A stretch of 64,000 nt of DNA. Origin: Gemmatales bacterium (GTDB taxonomy: Bacteria; Planctomycetota; Planctomycetia; Gemmatales; HRBIN36). Below the pieces are notes generated by a model. That model did not search any database. It was not told the origin of the DNA and worked only from the letters and a program-made list of their open reading frames with translations. How positions within the stretch are numbered: position 1 is the first letter of the stretch; each line of letters begins with the position of its first letter. A program made the translations under genes and the position numbers. The stretch covers positions 256,001 to 320,000 of the forward strand of contig JBEPZY010000005.1 in assembly GCA_041640595.1 (NCBI GenBank), read 5' to 3'. Shown here one piece after another: positions 39,290 to 49,730 of the stretch.

Positions 39290-40441
39290 CTATCGAAAAG
39301 CCGGTCGGCGTGTTTTCAATTGCTGCTTCATTTCGTCCCAGTCGGCCACGGTTGCTTGCACATGCTTTCGTTGCCCGGCACGCCAGACCGTCAGACGCAC
39401 GGTCGTGCCCGGCGGTGTATCGCTGATCAGGTTGATAAAATGATTGCCGTGTTCGATGACCTGGCCATTGAGTTCCAGGATGATGTCGCCTGGTCGCAAA
39501 CCAGCTTTCTCGGCTGGCGTTCCTGGCAGTATTGCTTCTACCAGAGCGCCATCGGTGCGTTCCAGACCGATGCGTAATGCCTCGGCAGGTTCGATGGCAC
39601 TGGCTACCTGCACGCCCAATGCTCCTCGAATTATCCGCCCTTTCTCAAGCAATTCCAAGGCGATGCGGCGAAAGAAATTGCTGGGAATACTGAAGGCGAT
39701 GCCGCTGCTCGAGCCGCTCGGCGAGGCGATCGCCGTGTTGATGCCGATCACTTCTGCGTTCAGATTCACCAGTGGCCCCCCACTCGAACCAGGATTTATG
39801 GAAGCATCGGTCTGGAGGAACTCTTTGATGCGGATTCCCTGGCCCAAACTCACCTGACCACGATTGCGTGCGGAGATGATTCCGTGGGTTACCGTCTGGT
39901 TCAGCCCGAACGGACTGCCGATAGCCAGCACCCACATGCCAACCTCCATGCGGTCACTATCGCCGAGGACTGCTACGGGTAAATCTTGCCGTTCGCCCAG
40001 CGAAAGCAACGCGACATCGGATTCGGCATCTCCCCAGACCCGCAACGGTCGCAACACACGCCGATCTGCCAGGTGAACGACGATCCGCTCCGGTCCGGCA
40101 TCGGCAATGACATGGTAATTGGTCAGCACGAATACATCCGGCCGACCCGGCAGGCGTGCCAGTACTCCCGAACCGGATTCGTCTTCGCTGCCACGTTCAC
40201 CACCTGGTCGCTTCGCTTCGACATATACCACGCTGGGACACACTTTTCGTGCCACCAGTTGAAACCGTTCTGCAATGCTCACCAGATCGGTAACGGTCAG
40301 GCTCGCCCCTGCCGACGGTTGTCCAGTGCCGGGCGTCGGTGGGTCGGAAGATAATGGGTTCGCCCAGCTGAAGAGGAGCACACCGCTCATCACCCAGACT
40401 GCAGGGGAAATTCTCCAGGTTCGCGTGGCTCTGCTCAGCAT
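39290..40441 (-). CDS. HtrA/DegP-family serine protease with one PDZ domain
   Basis: GSGV, LTNYHVI, SDVALL, LQTDASINPGSSGGPL. Confidence 0.92.
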   Translation of the reverse strand: MLSRATRTWRISPAVWVMSGVLLFSWANPLSSDPPTPGTGQPSAGASLTVTDLVSIAERFQLVARKVCPSVVYVEAKRPGGERGSEDESGSGVLARLPGRPDVFVLTNYHVIADAGPERIVVHLADRRVLRPLRVWGDAESDVALLSLGERQDLPVAVLGDSDRMEVGMWVLAIGSPFGLNQTVTHGIISARNRGQVSLGQGIRIKEFLQTDASINPGSSGGPLVNLNAEVIGINTAIASPSGSSSGIAFSIPSNFFRRIALELLEKGRIIRGALGVQVASAIEPAEALRIGLERTDGALVEAILPGTPAEKAGLRPGDIILELNGQVIEHGNHFINLISDTPPGTTVRLTVWRAGQRKHVQATVADWDEMKQQLKTRRPAFR

Positions 40442-40988
40442 GCTTCCACTCCGATGGGGTGTCAGGGTGGCCTTATCTGGTTCTGTCTGGCCATTTGGTC
40501 TTGAGGCTATCGCGTGTCGGGGTTCAGTCCAGGCTGCGTTTATTGTGCCGTTTTGAGGCTGGCTTTGCCGCTGGCATCATCGGAAGACCGAAGCGGTTGC
40601 AGGTTCTTTGTTCCATTCTGCGCTGCCATTTTCCCGCCGGGCTATTGCCGCGCGAAATGCAGCCATCTCGGGGGGTGGTTTCGCCTCGTCAAACTCGGTT
40701 TTGTCCGCCCAGTTTTTCCCATCGGGGACGTAATGATGGCCAGCTACGGGTCTGAGCTTGAATTCTTCTGCGAAGGCTGTTGAGACACTGCGGAACATCG
40801 TAGGAGCCAGAAACGGGTCGGATCATGCTCGTCGGCTTGCTGGGAACAATTCCCGGCCCACCTCGGTTTGGTTACGAACTGCGGTAACGTGGACGAGATA
40901 CTGGCTCATTGGCCTGTTCGCCCTTTCTCTTATAGCATGGTAAATACAAGGGGTGAACACGCATACCAGCCAGTACAGGAGTCCAGCC

Positions 40989-42296
40989 ATGAGCCGAAAC
41001 GCATCCATCCTGAGTCGCCGGCAATTCCTGGCAAGCGGTGCCGCTGCGATTAGCGTTCCATTCTTTGTCCCAGCGCGGTCCCTGGGGCTGCAGGATAAGG
41101 TTGCACCCAGCGAACGGATCACGGTCGGGGTCATTGGCACGGGTGGTCGGGGCGTCGCTCTTATCAACATGTTCCTGAACGAAAAGGATGTGGAAATCCT
41201 GGCCGTTTGCGACGTGGATGCCCGCCAGCTGCAAAATGGTTTACAAGCCGTTCAGAAACGCACGGGCAAGAAATGCGACGCTTATAAAGATTTTCGCCAG
41301 CTGTTAGAACGCAAAGACATAGATGCGGTGGTGGTAGCGACTCCGGATCACTGGCATGGGCTGATTAGCATTGCCGCTGCCCGTGCGGGCAAGGATATTT
41401 ACTGCGAAAAACCGCTGGTCAATTCCGTGGTCGAAGGACGGGCTTTGTGCAAGGCGGTCTCAGAAAACAAACGCATTTTGCAGACCGGCAGCCACGAACG
41501 TTCGACGCCGAGTGTGCGGTTTGCCTGTGAACTGGTGCGCAACGGGTTGATCGGCAAGGTGCACACCGTGCGCATCCATCTGCCGTGCAGCGACGGCCAT
41601 CATCAAAAGGCCCGTTCCCTGACCTCAATTCCCCCGGAAGAACCGGTGCCGGAGGGATTCGATTACGATTTCTGGCTGGGCCCAGCTCCGAAAGCCCCAT
41701 ATACGCCGTTACGCACACATTTCTGGTGGCGTTTCATTCTCGCCTACGGTGGTGGAGAAATGACGGATCGCGGCGCTCATATCATTGACCTGGCCCAGCT
41801 GGGATTGGGAACGGATGATACCGGCCCGGTGGAGATCGAGGCTCGGGGCATGCAGAATAAAGGCAGCCTCTACGATGCGTTCTGGGATTACGAATTCACC
41901 AATGTTTACGCGAATGGCGTGCGGATGATCGGTTCGACAGCGACACCTCGCGGTTTGAAATTCGAGGGAACCGATGGGTGGATTTTTATCCACATTCACG
42001 GCGGCAAACTGGAAGCCGAGCCTGCTTCTCTGCTGAAGACCGACGCCTCCAAACTGAAAATTTCCCTGGGTCGCAGTCCTGGCCACGTGCGTAACTTCCT
42101 CGATGCGGTCAAATCCCGCAAAGAGCCGGTTGCCCCTGCCGAAGTCGGCCATCGCACCGCCACTATCTGTCATCTCAATAACATCGCTATGCGTTTGGGC
42201 AGAAAATTGAAATGGGACCCGGTTTTAGAGCAAACGAACGATGCTGAGGCTAACAAGTATTTACATCCGCATCTTCGCGCTCCCTGGAAGCTCTAA
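40989..42296 (+). CDS. Gfo/Idh/MocA oxidoreductase, TAT-exported
   Basis: SRRQFL; VIGTGGRG; ATPDHWH; YCEKP; GAHIIDL. Confidence 0.9.
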   Translation: MSRNASILSRRQFLASGAAAISVPFFVPARSLGLQDKVAPSERITVGVIGTGGRGVALINMFLNEKDVEILAVCDVDARQLQNGLQAVQKRTGKKCDAYKDFRQLLERKDIDAVVVATPDHWHGLISIAAARAGKDIYCEKPLVNSVVEGRALCKAVSENKRILQTGSHERSTPSVRFACELVRNGLIGKVHTVRIHLPCSDGHHQKARSLTSIPPEEPVPEGFDYDFWLGPAPKAPYTPLRTHFWWRFILAYGGGEMTDRGAHIIDLAQLGLGTDDTGPVEIEARGMQNKGSLYDAFWDYEFTNVYANGVRMIGSTATPRGLKFEGTDGWIFIHIHGGKLEAEPASLLKTDASKLKISLGRSPGHVRNFLDAVKSRKEPVAPAEVGHRTATICHLNNIAMRLGRKLKWDPVLEQTNDAEANKYLHPHLRAPWKL

Positions 42297-43248
42297 GCTT
42301 CCGCCAGCCCAGCAATGCCGGTGCTGCGAAACCTAGTGCTGCAAATGTGCCGTGCCACTTTCGCATTTGCGGGATGTCCAGTGTGTGCACTGTAGCATGG
42401 AAGCGCACTCCATATAAGGCGGCAAGTACCATAGCGGGTGCAAGAGCAAGACCGGCGAAGCCTAACAAAGCAGCTGCCCACCGTTCTTGCCGATGACGAT
42501 AAGCCGCCAGCAAGTGCCCCATCGCCATCAATAAGCCGACCAGGCTCAGAAACACAGCCGCTATACTCTCCAGCCAGGCATGACCAAGCAAGTGTGTGGT
42601 GGTTATTCCAGCCGCGACTAAAGGCACGCCTGTGAGCGTCCCGATCGCTGAAAACTTCGTCCATAAGGCGGGCTTATCGCTGACCATCAGACCTGCGATA
42701 GTTGGCAACAGATATCCCGCGTAATGGAAGTGGATAGCTGTCAGCAGAACAATGTCTGCCTCGAAATCCATTGGCCGATAACCGATGCGGTCGCATAACA
42801 TCCACACGCCGCCAATGACGCTAAAACTGGCCCCGATCGCCAGGCACCAGTTCAACCAGGTGCGGCAACCAGGATTCGCCAGGGTTCCTAAGCTGAAGGA
42901 AGCTAACAATACCAGCTCCAGGCACCACGGTATTGCGGTCACCAAGGCCCAGATCCCTGAAGCAAAACACTTATAGGCAACTACGAGACTAAGCGCGGCC
43001 GGCAACTGCAATCCATGCAAGCCTCGCCATAGCCAGCCATGCCAGCCGTAAGCAAGAGGCACGAACCAGCGGAAACTTAGTGGCACGAGCAAGAGCGTTG
43101 CTAATAGAAGTAACATTTCTCCCCATTGTCGGCCGGTCGGTTCGGGCAATCGCATAATCAGTACGGCCAGCCAGACTAATACACCCGCTATAATCCGTAC
43201 AACCTGGCCGCTTTCGCTGGTACAGTAATTCAAGTAGCGAACGAACAT
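42250..43248 (-). CDS. YndJ-like membrane protein (start uncertain)
   Basis: IVLLTAIHFHYAG and IPQM..WHG..AALGF motifs, multiple TMs. Confidence 0.75.
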   Translation of the reverse strand: MFVRYLNYCTSESGQVVRIIAGVLVWLAVLIMRLPEPTGRQWGEMLLLLATLLLVPLSFRWFVPLAYGWHGWLWRGLHGLQLPAALSLVVAYKCFASGIWALVTAIPWCLELVLLASFSLGTLANPGCRTWLNWCLAIGASFSVIGGVWMLCDRIGYRPMDFEADIVLLTAIHFHYAGYLLPTIAGLMVSDKPALWTKFSAIGTLTGVPLVAAGITTTHLLGHAWLESIAAVFLSLVGLLMAMGHLLAAYRHRQERWAAALLGFAGLALAPAMVLAALYGVRFHATVHTLDIPQMRKWHGTFAALGFAAPALLGWRKLRASREREDADVNTC

Positions 43249-43290
43249 AGCAGTATCTCGCGGCAAAGTTTAGATGGCGACGGCTTGAAT

Positions 43291-43319
43291 TTGACATTCC
43301 CAGAGCCAAAATATATTCA
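43291..43319 (+). promoter_or_regulatory. Possible sigma70 promoter
   Basis: Perfect TTGACA followed by an AT-rich atatattca -10 region. Confidence 0.45.
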
Positions 43320-43349
43320 ACCCGATTGCAGAATCCAGGGAGCGGTCTC

Positions 43350-46010
43350 ATGCGCTGGCGATATGGTGTAAGCGGTTGGCTGAGTGCAGCCGTCGGCTTA
43401 TTTGCATGCATTAGTGCGATCTTTACTCAGACCCAGACACCGTCTCCATCGGTTCAGATAATTCTGCGTCCTCAGGCGAACCACGAAGAGACGATTAAGC
43501 AGCTGCGCGTCCTGGGTTTGCGGGGTGAAATGCAAATGGCTCCCCGTGTTTGGTTCGGATACCTTCCGCAGGAAAACATAGGGCGTGCTGGACAGTTGCC
43601 GGGTGTTTATATGGTTACATTGCAGTCAAGCGCGCCCAATCGGACAAGCCCCGACCATTATCATGTACGCTTCCGCGTCAAACTGGATGCTGACTCACGG
43701 GCACCTACGCAGCGGTGGATTCAATACCAGGAGCTAATCAAACATCTTCAGCAGGTCGGGTTTGAGCAAGAGCCGCTGAAAGCGGAAGAATGGCGTTATA
43801 ACGATATTCTCCGTGGCAAACTGCCAGCTAAAGCCGTTCCCACCTTGCTTAACATTAGTCATGTTCGCACGATAGTATTGATACCATCTGGCTGGGGTGC
43901 CACCCTTGAAAGTACCGAGCCGGTACTGGTAGAAATCTGGCTGACAAACGGCTTCGATTATGACCGTCAGCAAAGAATACGCCGACTGGCCCGGGAGAGA
44001 TTGGATAAACTCGGGTTTGTGCAAGCGATCGCTCATGATAGTGAGTTCGGCATGCGATTGTTCGGGTGGCTGCCAGCTAATCGGGTTTTTGCTTTATTAG
44101 AGCCAGCTCATGAGCTGGAAGAGCCAAATTATGCAGAATTGCCTTTGCTGCGTGCCCCAAACTATATTTCGCTTTTCCACTTAGCCGAGGTGTTGACTCA
44201 GCCGGGGAAACTTCAGCCTCCAAAAGTTAGTCAGCCTACACCTGGATGGCCAGAAAAGGTAACGCCGGAACTTAAACTTAGTCCCGAAATCCTGTCTCTA
44301 ATTGGCCAGGCTGGAGGGAACAAAAAGCTTCATCGGGTCGAACTAATTTTCCGCGATATTAGTAACGCATACGAACTTTTCGGTCGTGTACGATCGCTGG
44401 TTGAGTCGGCAGAATTAGAAGGCAGTTTAGGGCCTATACTCTGGGTTCGCCTGCCAGTGGGTGATATACCGAAACTGGCGGAATTACCCGAAATCTCCAG
44501 CATACGCCTGCCCCAACCGCCTTTAGATATTGGGCAGGGAACTCAAGGTCAGCGCCGCTTGCACTATGTCAGGCTGGGTGAGTTTCGCCCTATTCACAAC
44601 TCACCTGCACCTTTGTTACGTTATCGGGAGCCTTTGCGCGTTGCCATTCTGGGTACCGATTTCCGCGGCTGGGAAAATCGTCGAGGGCGAACATTGCCGG
44701 CGGAGACTTACCTGGTGGACTATACACGCTGGTTCTCGCCAGATTTAGAACCAGCTCCTGCTCCTTTAGTCTCAGATGCAGGACTAGCGATCGCTGAGGA
44801 GATCTCGAGGATTGCCTCTGTGCAGGAGCTTTATTTAGTGCGTATCCGCGAGACTGCTCCCTATCAAGTGGCGGAGGTGTTGCGACGTATAGATGGTGTA
44901 CCCGAGATGCCGGTTCTTATACGACAGCGTCTGGCGGACATATCATTACAGGCCAGTGTACTCGCTGAGGAAGAACGCAAACTACGCCTGAGCAAACAGC
45001 GACTATTGTTTGATTTGCGCTTAGACGATCCTGCATACTGGAAAAAACGCGACGAGTTTTTACAGATGGAGAAGCATTGGCAGGCCCGGAAAAGACGGCA
45101 TAGCGAGTTAGTCTATCGTGTCAGCGAGTTTCTTGACCTGGAACGCCGGTTGATGAGGGCTAATACTGTGGTAGTTGTTCCCTGGTGGCGTGACGGCTAT
45201 CCCACTTCGCCGGATGTGCGGCCCGGGTTGCGATGGTTGCCCGAACTTAGGTCTAAGCATGTCTCCTATATCCAGGTGGTGCCCGAACAGAGCGAGGGCG
45301 AATGGTGGGGCTGGTGGCGCGATCGAAATAACAACGGTGTTATGGAATTTCGGAACCTGGACCTGCCTCGCTATGTTGAGCTCAGGCCGGAGGACTGGCC
45401 CTACCGGCGTGCCAATGTCTGGCCGCGGAACGTATCGGCGGAACTGAACTGGCTAGGTTGGCAAGCTTGGCCTGAACAAGGCAAGGGCGCAACGATGCCC
45501 GCGCGGGTCGCTTCCGCAGGTTTGCCACCCCAGGCGACGATTCAGCTCGTCGTGCAGTGGCGGGAGGCTCACGATCCCCGCTGGGCCAACGCTGAGGAAG
45601 ACTTTTACAGAAAACCGCTGACCCCGATGGTAGTGGAGGTATTGCAGCCACTCGTCGGCAGTGATGCTGCGTTACCCCAGGACCTGTACACCATCGTGGC
45701 CCGGTCAGAGGGATTGCCGGAGCGCGTGGAGAACCACTCGCGCTATGCGATCTACGAACTGCGACTGCAATTCCGCACAGGTAAGATGCCGGAACGATAT
45801 GCGGTGCGTTTGCGAGGCAATCCGCCGACCAGTACGGCCCCACCGGGAATCAGCCAGCAGCGAGCGGAAGGTCAGGAAATCTGGTTGCGTCTGTCAGCGG
45901 AAGTTGTGGAACAGCCCTTACGGCAACAGGGAAGAGTGGTCTGGCTGACGCCGGGCGAAACGTTTACGCTCACCGAGCCATCTCCGGCCACTAAGCCAGG
46001 CGAGCAATAG
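43350..46010 (+). CDS. Large secreted hypothetical protein, subtilase-like architecture without evident catalytic residues
   Basis: GGGAG RBS, signal peptide; LRVAILGTDFRGW resembles the S8 Asp motif; DRNNNGVMEF Ca-loop-like. Confidence 0.65.
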   Translation: MRWRYGVSGWLSAAVGLFACISAIFTQTQTPSPSVQIILRPQANHEETIKQLRVLGLRGEMQMAPRVWFGYLPQENIGRAGQLPGVYMVTLQSSAPNRTSPDHYHVRFRVKLDADSRAPTQRWIQYQELIKHLQQVGFEQEPLKAEEWRYNDILRGKLPAKAVPTLLNISHVRTIVLIPSGWGATLESTEPVLVEIWLTNGFDYDRQQRIRRLARERLDKLGFVQAIAHDSEFGMRLFGWLPANRVFALLEPAHELEEPNYAELPLLRAPNYISLFHLAEVLTQPGKLQPPKVSQPTPGWPEKVTPELKLSPEILSLIGQAGGNKKLHRVELIFRDISNAYELFGRVRSLVESAELEGSLGPILWVRLPVGDIPKLAELPEISSIRLPQPPLDIGQGTQGQRRLHYVRLGEFRPIHNSPAPLLRYREPLRVAILGTDFRGWENRRGRTLPAETYLVDYTRWFSPDLEPAPAPLVSDAGLAIAEEISRIASVQELYLVRIRETAPYQVAEVLRRIDGVPEMPVLIRQRLADISLQASVLAEEERKLRLSKQRLLFDLRLDDPAYWKKRDEFLQMEKHWQARKRRHSELVYRVSEFLDLERRLMRANTVVVVPWWRDGYPTSPDVRPGLRWLPELRSKHVSYIQVVPEQSEGEWWGWWRDRNNNGVMEFRNLDLPRYVELRPEDWPYRRANVWPRNVSAELNWLGWQAWPEQGKGATMPARVASAGLPPQATIQLVVQWREAHDPRWANAEEDFYRKPLTPMVVEVLQPLVGSDAALPQDLYTIVARSEGLPERVENHSRYAIYELRLQFRTGKMPERYAVRLRGNPPTSTAPPGISQQRAEGQEIWLRLSAEVVEQPLRQQGRVVWLTPGETFTLTEPSPATKPGEQ

Positions 46011-46138
46011 CGCCAGGTGGTTTTCCCTGTCCAAGGGTGGACAGTGCCGACACCATCGCTATATTAGCGACACAGAACGTGGCTCGGTAATACAGGCGGT
46101 CAACAACCGCGGTAACCGCAAAACACAGGAGGCTCGCT

Positions 46139-46759
46139 ATGCCGTATCCCTTTACCTTGCCGCCTTTGCCATATCCCTACGATGCCCTGCAGCCGTACAT
46201 CAGCAAGGAGACGATGGAATACCATCACGATAAGCACCACCAGGCTTACGTGGATAACCTGAACGCTGCCTTGAAGGATTACCCCGACCTGCACAAGCTG
46301 GAGATAGACGAGCTCCTGCGGCAGATCAGCAAGGTGCCGGAAGCGATTCGCCAGGCGGTGATCAACAATGGTGGTGGGCATTACAACCACACCATGTTCT
46401 GGGAAATCATGAAGCCCGGCGGAAGCAAAGAGCCGAAAGGTGCTCTGGCAGATGCCATCAAGGCTCTGGGCGGTCTGGAGCAGGTCAAGCAGATGGTCAA
46501 TGATGCGGGCTTGAAGCGGTTCGGAAGTGGCTGGGCCTGGCTGGTTGTGGATGGTGGACATCTCAAGGTGATCAGCACGCCCAATCAGGATTGCCCGCTG
46601 ATGAACAACCAGTATCCCGTGCTGGGTGTAGATGTGTGGGAACACGCTTATTACATTGACTACCGCAATCGTCGCGGCGACTATCTGAAGGCCTGGTGGA
46701 ACGTGGTCAACTGGGACGAGGTTGCCAAGCGCTTCGACGCTGCCACTCGCGGCAAGTAG
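46139..46759 (+). CDS. sodA: Superoxide dismutase, Fe/Mn family (Mn-type signature)
   Basis: LPPLPYPYDALQP, HHDKHH, NNGGGHYNH, FGSGWAWL, TPNQD, DVWEHAYY. Confidence 0.96.
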   Translation: MPYPFTLPPLPYPYDALQPYISKETMEYHHDKHHQAYVDNLNAALKDYPDLHKLEIDELLRQISKVPEAIRQAVINNGGGHYNHTMFWEIMKPGGSKEPKGALADAIKALGGLEQVKQMVNDAGLKRFGSGWAWLVVDGGHLKVISTPNQDCPLMNNQYPVLGVDVWEHAYYIDYRNRRGDYLKAWWNVVNWDEVAKRFDAATRGK

Positions 46760-46922
46760 GCCGTTGAAACTGATTGCTCGTGGCGTCTCCTGGCGGTTGG
46801 CTGGTGAAGACGCCGATCCCCGACGAGCTTCAGGACAGTGAACATGTCTTCACCAGGACGGCGAGTCGCAGGTGGCATGGGCAAGCAAAAGCCGTCTGGA
46901 AGCTCGGACAGTTAGATTGAAT

Positions 46923-46956
46923 AAAAGCAAACAGGGCGGGGAATAACCCCGCCCTG
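46923..46956 (-). terminator. Intrinsic terminator of the porin gene
   Basis: 10-bp perfect stem cagggcgggg/ccccgccctg; minus strand continues tttgctttt. Confidence 0.8.
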
Positions 46957-46981
46957 CCTGGCGAATGACCAGCGCGAGGAA

Positions 46982-47640
46982 TCAGAACTCCCAGATAATG
47001 TCAAAGGCGGCTGTTTGCTGGGATTTCTCCTGAAGGTCGTTGAACGGCCTGGTTTTGTCGCTCCAATCAAAGCGGATTTCTGGGCGGATTCGCAAGTTTT
47101 TATACGGTTTGTAGGTCAGCCCCAGGGTAATCTCGTGAAAGCGGTCGGCAAAGCCAGTACGGACGCCGTCTTCGTCGTTGTAGATTTCTGCGCGGAAGCC
47201 CAGAATCAGTCGAGGATCGATGGTGTAAAAGAGGTACACGGCACCTTCTTGCCAACGGGCCGTGCCACCACCGGGAGCCGCATGGGATTCCCAGGCTGTG
47301 CCGAAATTCAGCCCGACTTTCCACTGATCGTAGGTGCCGAATTTGCGAATCAAATCGTAGGTGATATAGGTTCGAAGATCGTGGTTATTGTTGGGCAGCT
47401 CCGGACCAACCATCCAGCTAATGTAAGCGGTGGTTCGCTGGTCGCAAGAAGTATATTTCAGCGAACCATGCCAGGAGGGGCTGTCATTGTTATCTTCGAA
47501 CACCACATCCCAGCCCCGCACGATGCCGTTCATCAACTGCAAGGTGTCGCCAAGATACACGGTGAAGGTAATTCCTGTATGGGTGAACGGCCCAAAGAAG
47601 AAACCATAGGCGCGGGAGTAGAAGTCCGTCAAAGCTGCTG
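46982..47640 (-). pseudogene. C-terminal half of an outer-membrane beta-barrel porin (DUF1597/BBP2-like), 5'-truncated
   Basis: FYSRAY...PFTHTG, GWDV.FEDNN, RAE.YND.DG.RTG, IRPEIRFDW, terminal Phe; no signal peptide or N-terminal half. Confidence 0.65.
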
Positions 47641-47789
47641 CTTGCATGCTATGCAATATCGCCCGTATCTTGGGCGTTCTCATTCGCTTGCCGAGGACGT
47701 TTGGTGGCCCCCACCCGAGCTAGCACTTCAACGTAACGTCCAAAATGAAACAGACTTGTGAATGGAAGGGGATGTGTTATTTCCTTTGG

Positions 47790-47805
47790 CGGCACAAAGG
47801 TAGCG
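47790..47805 (+). promoter_or_regulatory. Putative sigma54 (-24/-12) promoter of amt-glnK
   Basis: cGGCACaaaggtaGC with exact GG-N10-GC spacing, about 90 bp upstream of amt. Confidence 0.55.
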
Positions 47806-47892
47806 AATTTCGTCGCCAAAAGAGTGAAAAGGCGAACAACGGGTACAAGTGAAAACCGAACCGGCTCGTGCTGGGCCCAAGTCGAGGAGGTG

Positions 47893-49656
47893 ATGAAATT
47901 GATTGGCTGGCAGTCCTCTCCCTTGCGGCTAATTGGGTTATGTGCCCTGGCGGCTTTGTTTTCGTGGGCTCCGTTACTGGCGGAGCAAGCTCAGCCAGGC
48001 TCGTCCGAGAAACCGGCTCAGGAAATTCCTTCGACCGCTGAGTCTGCAACCAGCGAGGCTCCGAAAATTGATGCCGGGGATACTGCCTGGATGATTACTG
48101 CCTCCGCGTTTGTCATGTTGATGGTGCCGGGACTGGCCCTTTTTTATGGTGGTATGGCTCGAAGCAAAAACATCCTGGGAACCATGATGCAAAGCATGGC
48201 CGCTTTGGCCGTCGTTGGTGTGTACTGGATTTGCCTGGGCTACTGTTTGGCTTTTGGACACAGCAAGGGCGGGCTTATTGGATTTAGCCGTGATTTGATC
48301 TGCCTGGCGGGAATCAAGCCGGACGAAGTTCTGCCCAACGGCACCATTCCGATTTATGTTCACGTGATGTTCCAGGGAATGTTTGCCATTATTACACCGG
48401 CACTTATCAGCGGAGCCATAGCTGAACGGGTGCGCTTCTGGCCGTACTGCTTGTTTTTGGTGTTATGGAGCACGTTTGTTTACTGCCCGCTGGCGCATTG
48501 GGTGTGGGGGATGAACTGGTTTGGCCCTGAGCCGACGCTGCGGGAAAGTGGAAAAGATGCGGTGGGTTGGCTCGGAAAAATGGGGGCTTTGGACTTCGCC
48601 GGTGGCACCGTGGTCCATATCGCTGCGGGTTTCTCTGGTCTGGCTGCCGCTTTAGTGCTTCGCAAGCGGATCGGCTATCCCGAACTGGCCATGCATCCGA
48701 GCAGCATGGTGCTGACGCTTTTTGGGGCCGGTCTATTGTGGTTTGGATGGTTCGGATTCAATGGCGGCAGTGGTTTAGCCAGCGGCAGCCTGGCTGGCTC
48801 TGCTTTTAGCGCTACACAAGCCGCCGCTGCTGCGGCCGGACTCAGCTGGATGCTGGCCGAGTGGATTCACAAAGGAAAAGCCACCGCCCTGGGTTTATCG
48901 TCCGGCATCGTGGCCGGTCTGGTGGCAGTTACGCCAGCTTCGGGATTCGTCACCATGTCGGGAGGCTTGATTATCGGCCTTCTGGCGGGAGTGATTTGCT
49001 ACATCGCCGTCTCGCTCAAGCCCATGTTCGGGTATGATGATTCGCTGGACGCATTCGGCGTGCACGGCGTCGGCGGATTTCTCGGGGCACTGCTCACCGG
49101 CTGCTTGTGCACCAAGCTTGTCAATGCGAGCGTCCAAAACGAAGGCTTGTTCCTCGGTGGTGGCTTTACTCAGGTTGGCATCCAGTTGGAGGCGGCGGCA
49201 GTGGCAGCAGCTTACTCCTTCGTTGTCAGCCTGGTCTTAGTGAAAATCGTGGACCTCATAGGCTTGACCACCGATCCCGAATCGGAAGTGGTCGGCTTAG
49301 ACCGCACGGAACACGGCGAAGTGGGATTCTATCTCACCTCGGCCCTGGAAGAGCTTCCGCTGACGGGTGCTAAAGAACCTCGCCCGGCTACCCAGCCTCC
49401 TGACGGTGTGGGGCGGTTTTCTCTGGTGGTAGAGGGAGTTGAACCGCAGCGGCTGGCTGATGCCTGGTCGGAACTTTGTCAGACCGGCACGGTTCCTTCT
49501 CCGGAATTCAAACGTGTCTATCCGTTCTTCACGACCATGCAGGCCAATCGCTTCCGTTTTCGTGGCGGCAATCCCGAAACCGTGCGCGAAAACCTGGAAC
49601 GCCTGCTCCGCTCGAAACTCGGCGACGGTCAGATTCGGGTCCGCGTCGAAGCGTAG
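47893..49656 (+). CDS. amt: Ammonium transporter with N-terminal signal segment and extra C-terminal domain
   Basis: GAGGAGG RBS; GDTAW, PGLALFYGG, FQGMFA, DFAGGTVVH, WFGWFGFNGGS, DD.LDAFGVHG. Confidence 0.95.
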   Translation: MKLIGWQSSPLRLIGLCALAALFSWAPLLAEQAQPGSSEKPAQEIPSTAESATSEAPKIDAGDTAWMITASAFVMLMVPGLALFYGGMARSKNILGTMMQSMAALAVVGVYWICLGYCLAFGHSKGGLIGFSRDLICLAGIKPDEVLPNGTIPIYVHVMFQGMFAIITPALISGAIAERVRFWPYCLFLVLWSTFVYCPLAHWVWGMNWFGPEPTLRESGKDAVGWLGKMGALDFAGGTVVHIAAGFSGLAAALVLRKRIGYPELAMHPSSMVLTLFGAGLLWFGWFGFNGGSGLASGSLAGSAFSATQAAAAAAGLSWMLAEWIHKGKATALGLSSGIVAGLVAVTPASGFVTMSGGLIIGLLAGVICYIAVSLKPMFGYDDSLDAFGVHGVGGFLGALLTGCLCTKLVNASVQNEGLFLGGGFTQVGIQLEAAAVAAAYSFVVSLVLVKIVDLIGLTTDPESEVVGLDRTEHGEVGFYLTSALEELPLTGAKEPRPATQPPDGVGRFSLVVEGVEPQRLADAWSELCQTGTVPSPEFKRVYPFFTTMQANRFRFRGGNPETVRENLERLLRSKLGDGQIRVRVEA

Positions 49657-49730
49657 GTGTTTTGAATAACCTCTAACTCATTAGCAGCGGTAGAGCTAGC
49701 GGAAATTTAGTCCTCGCAAGGGAGCCGAAG

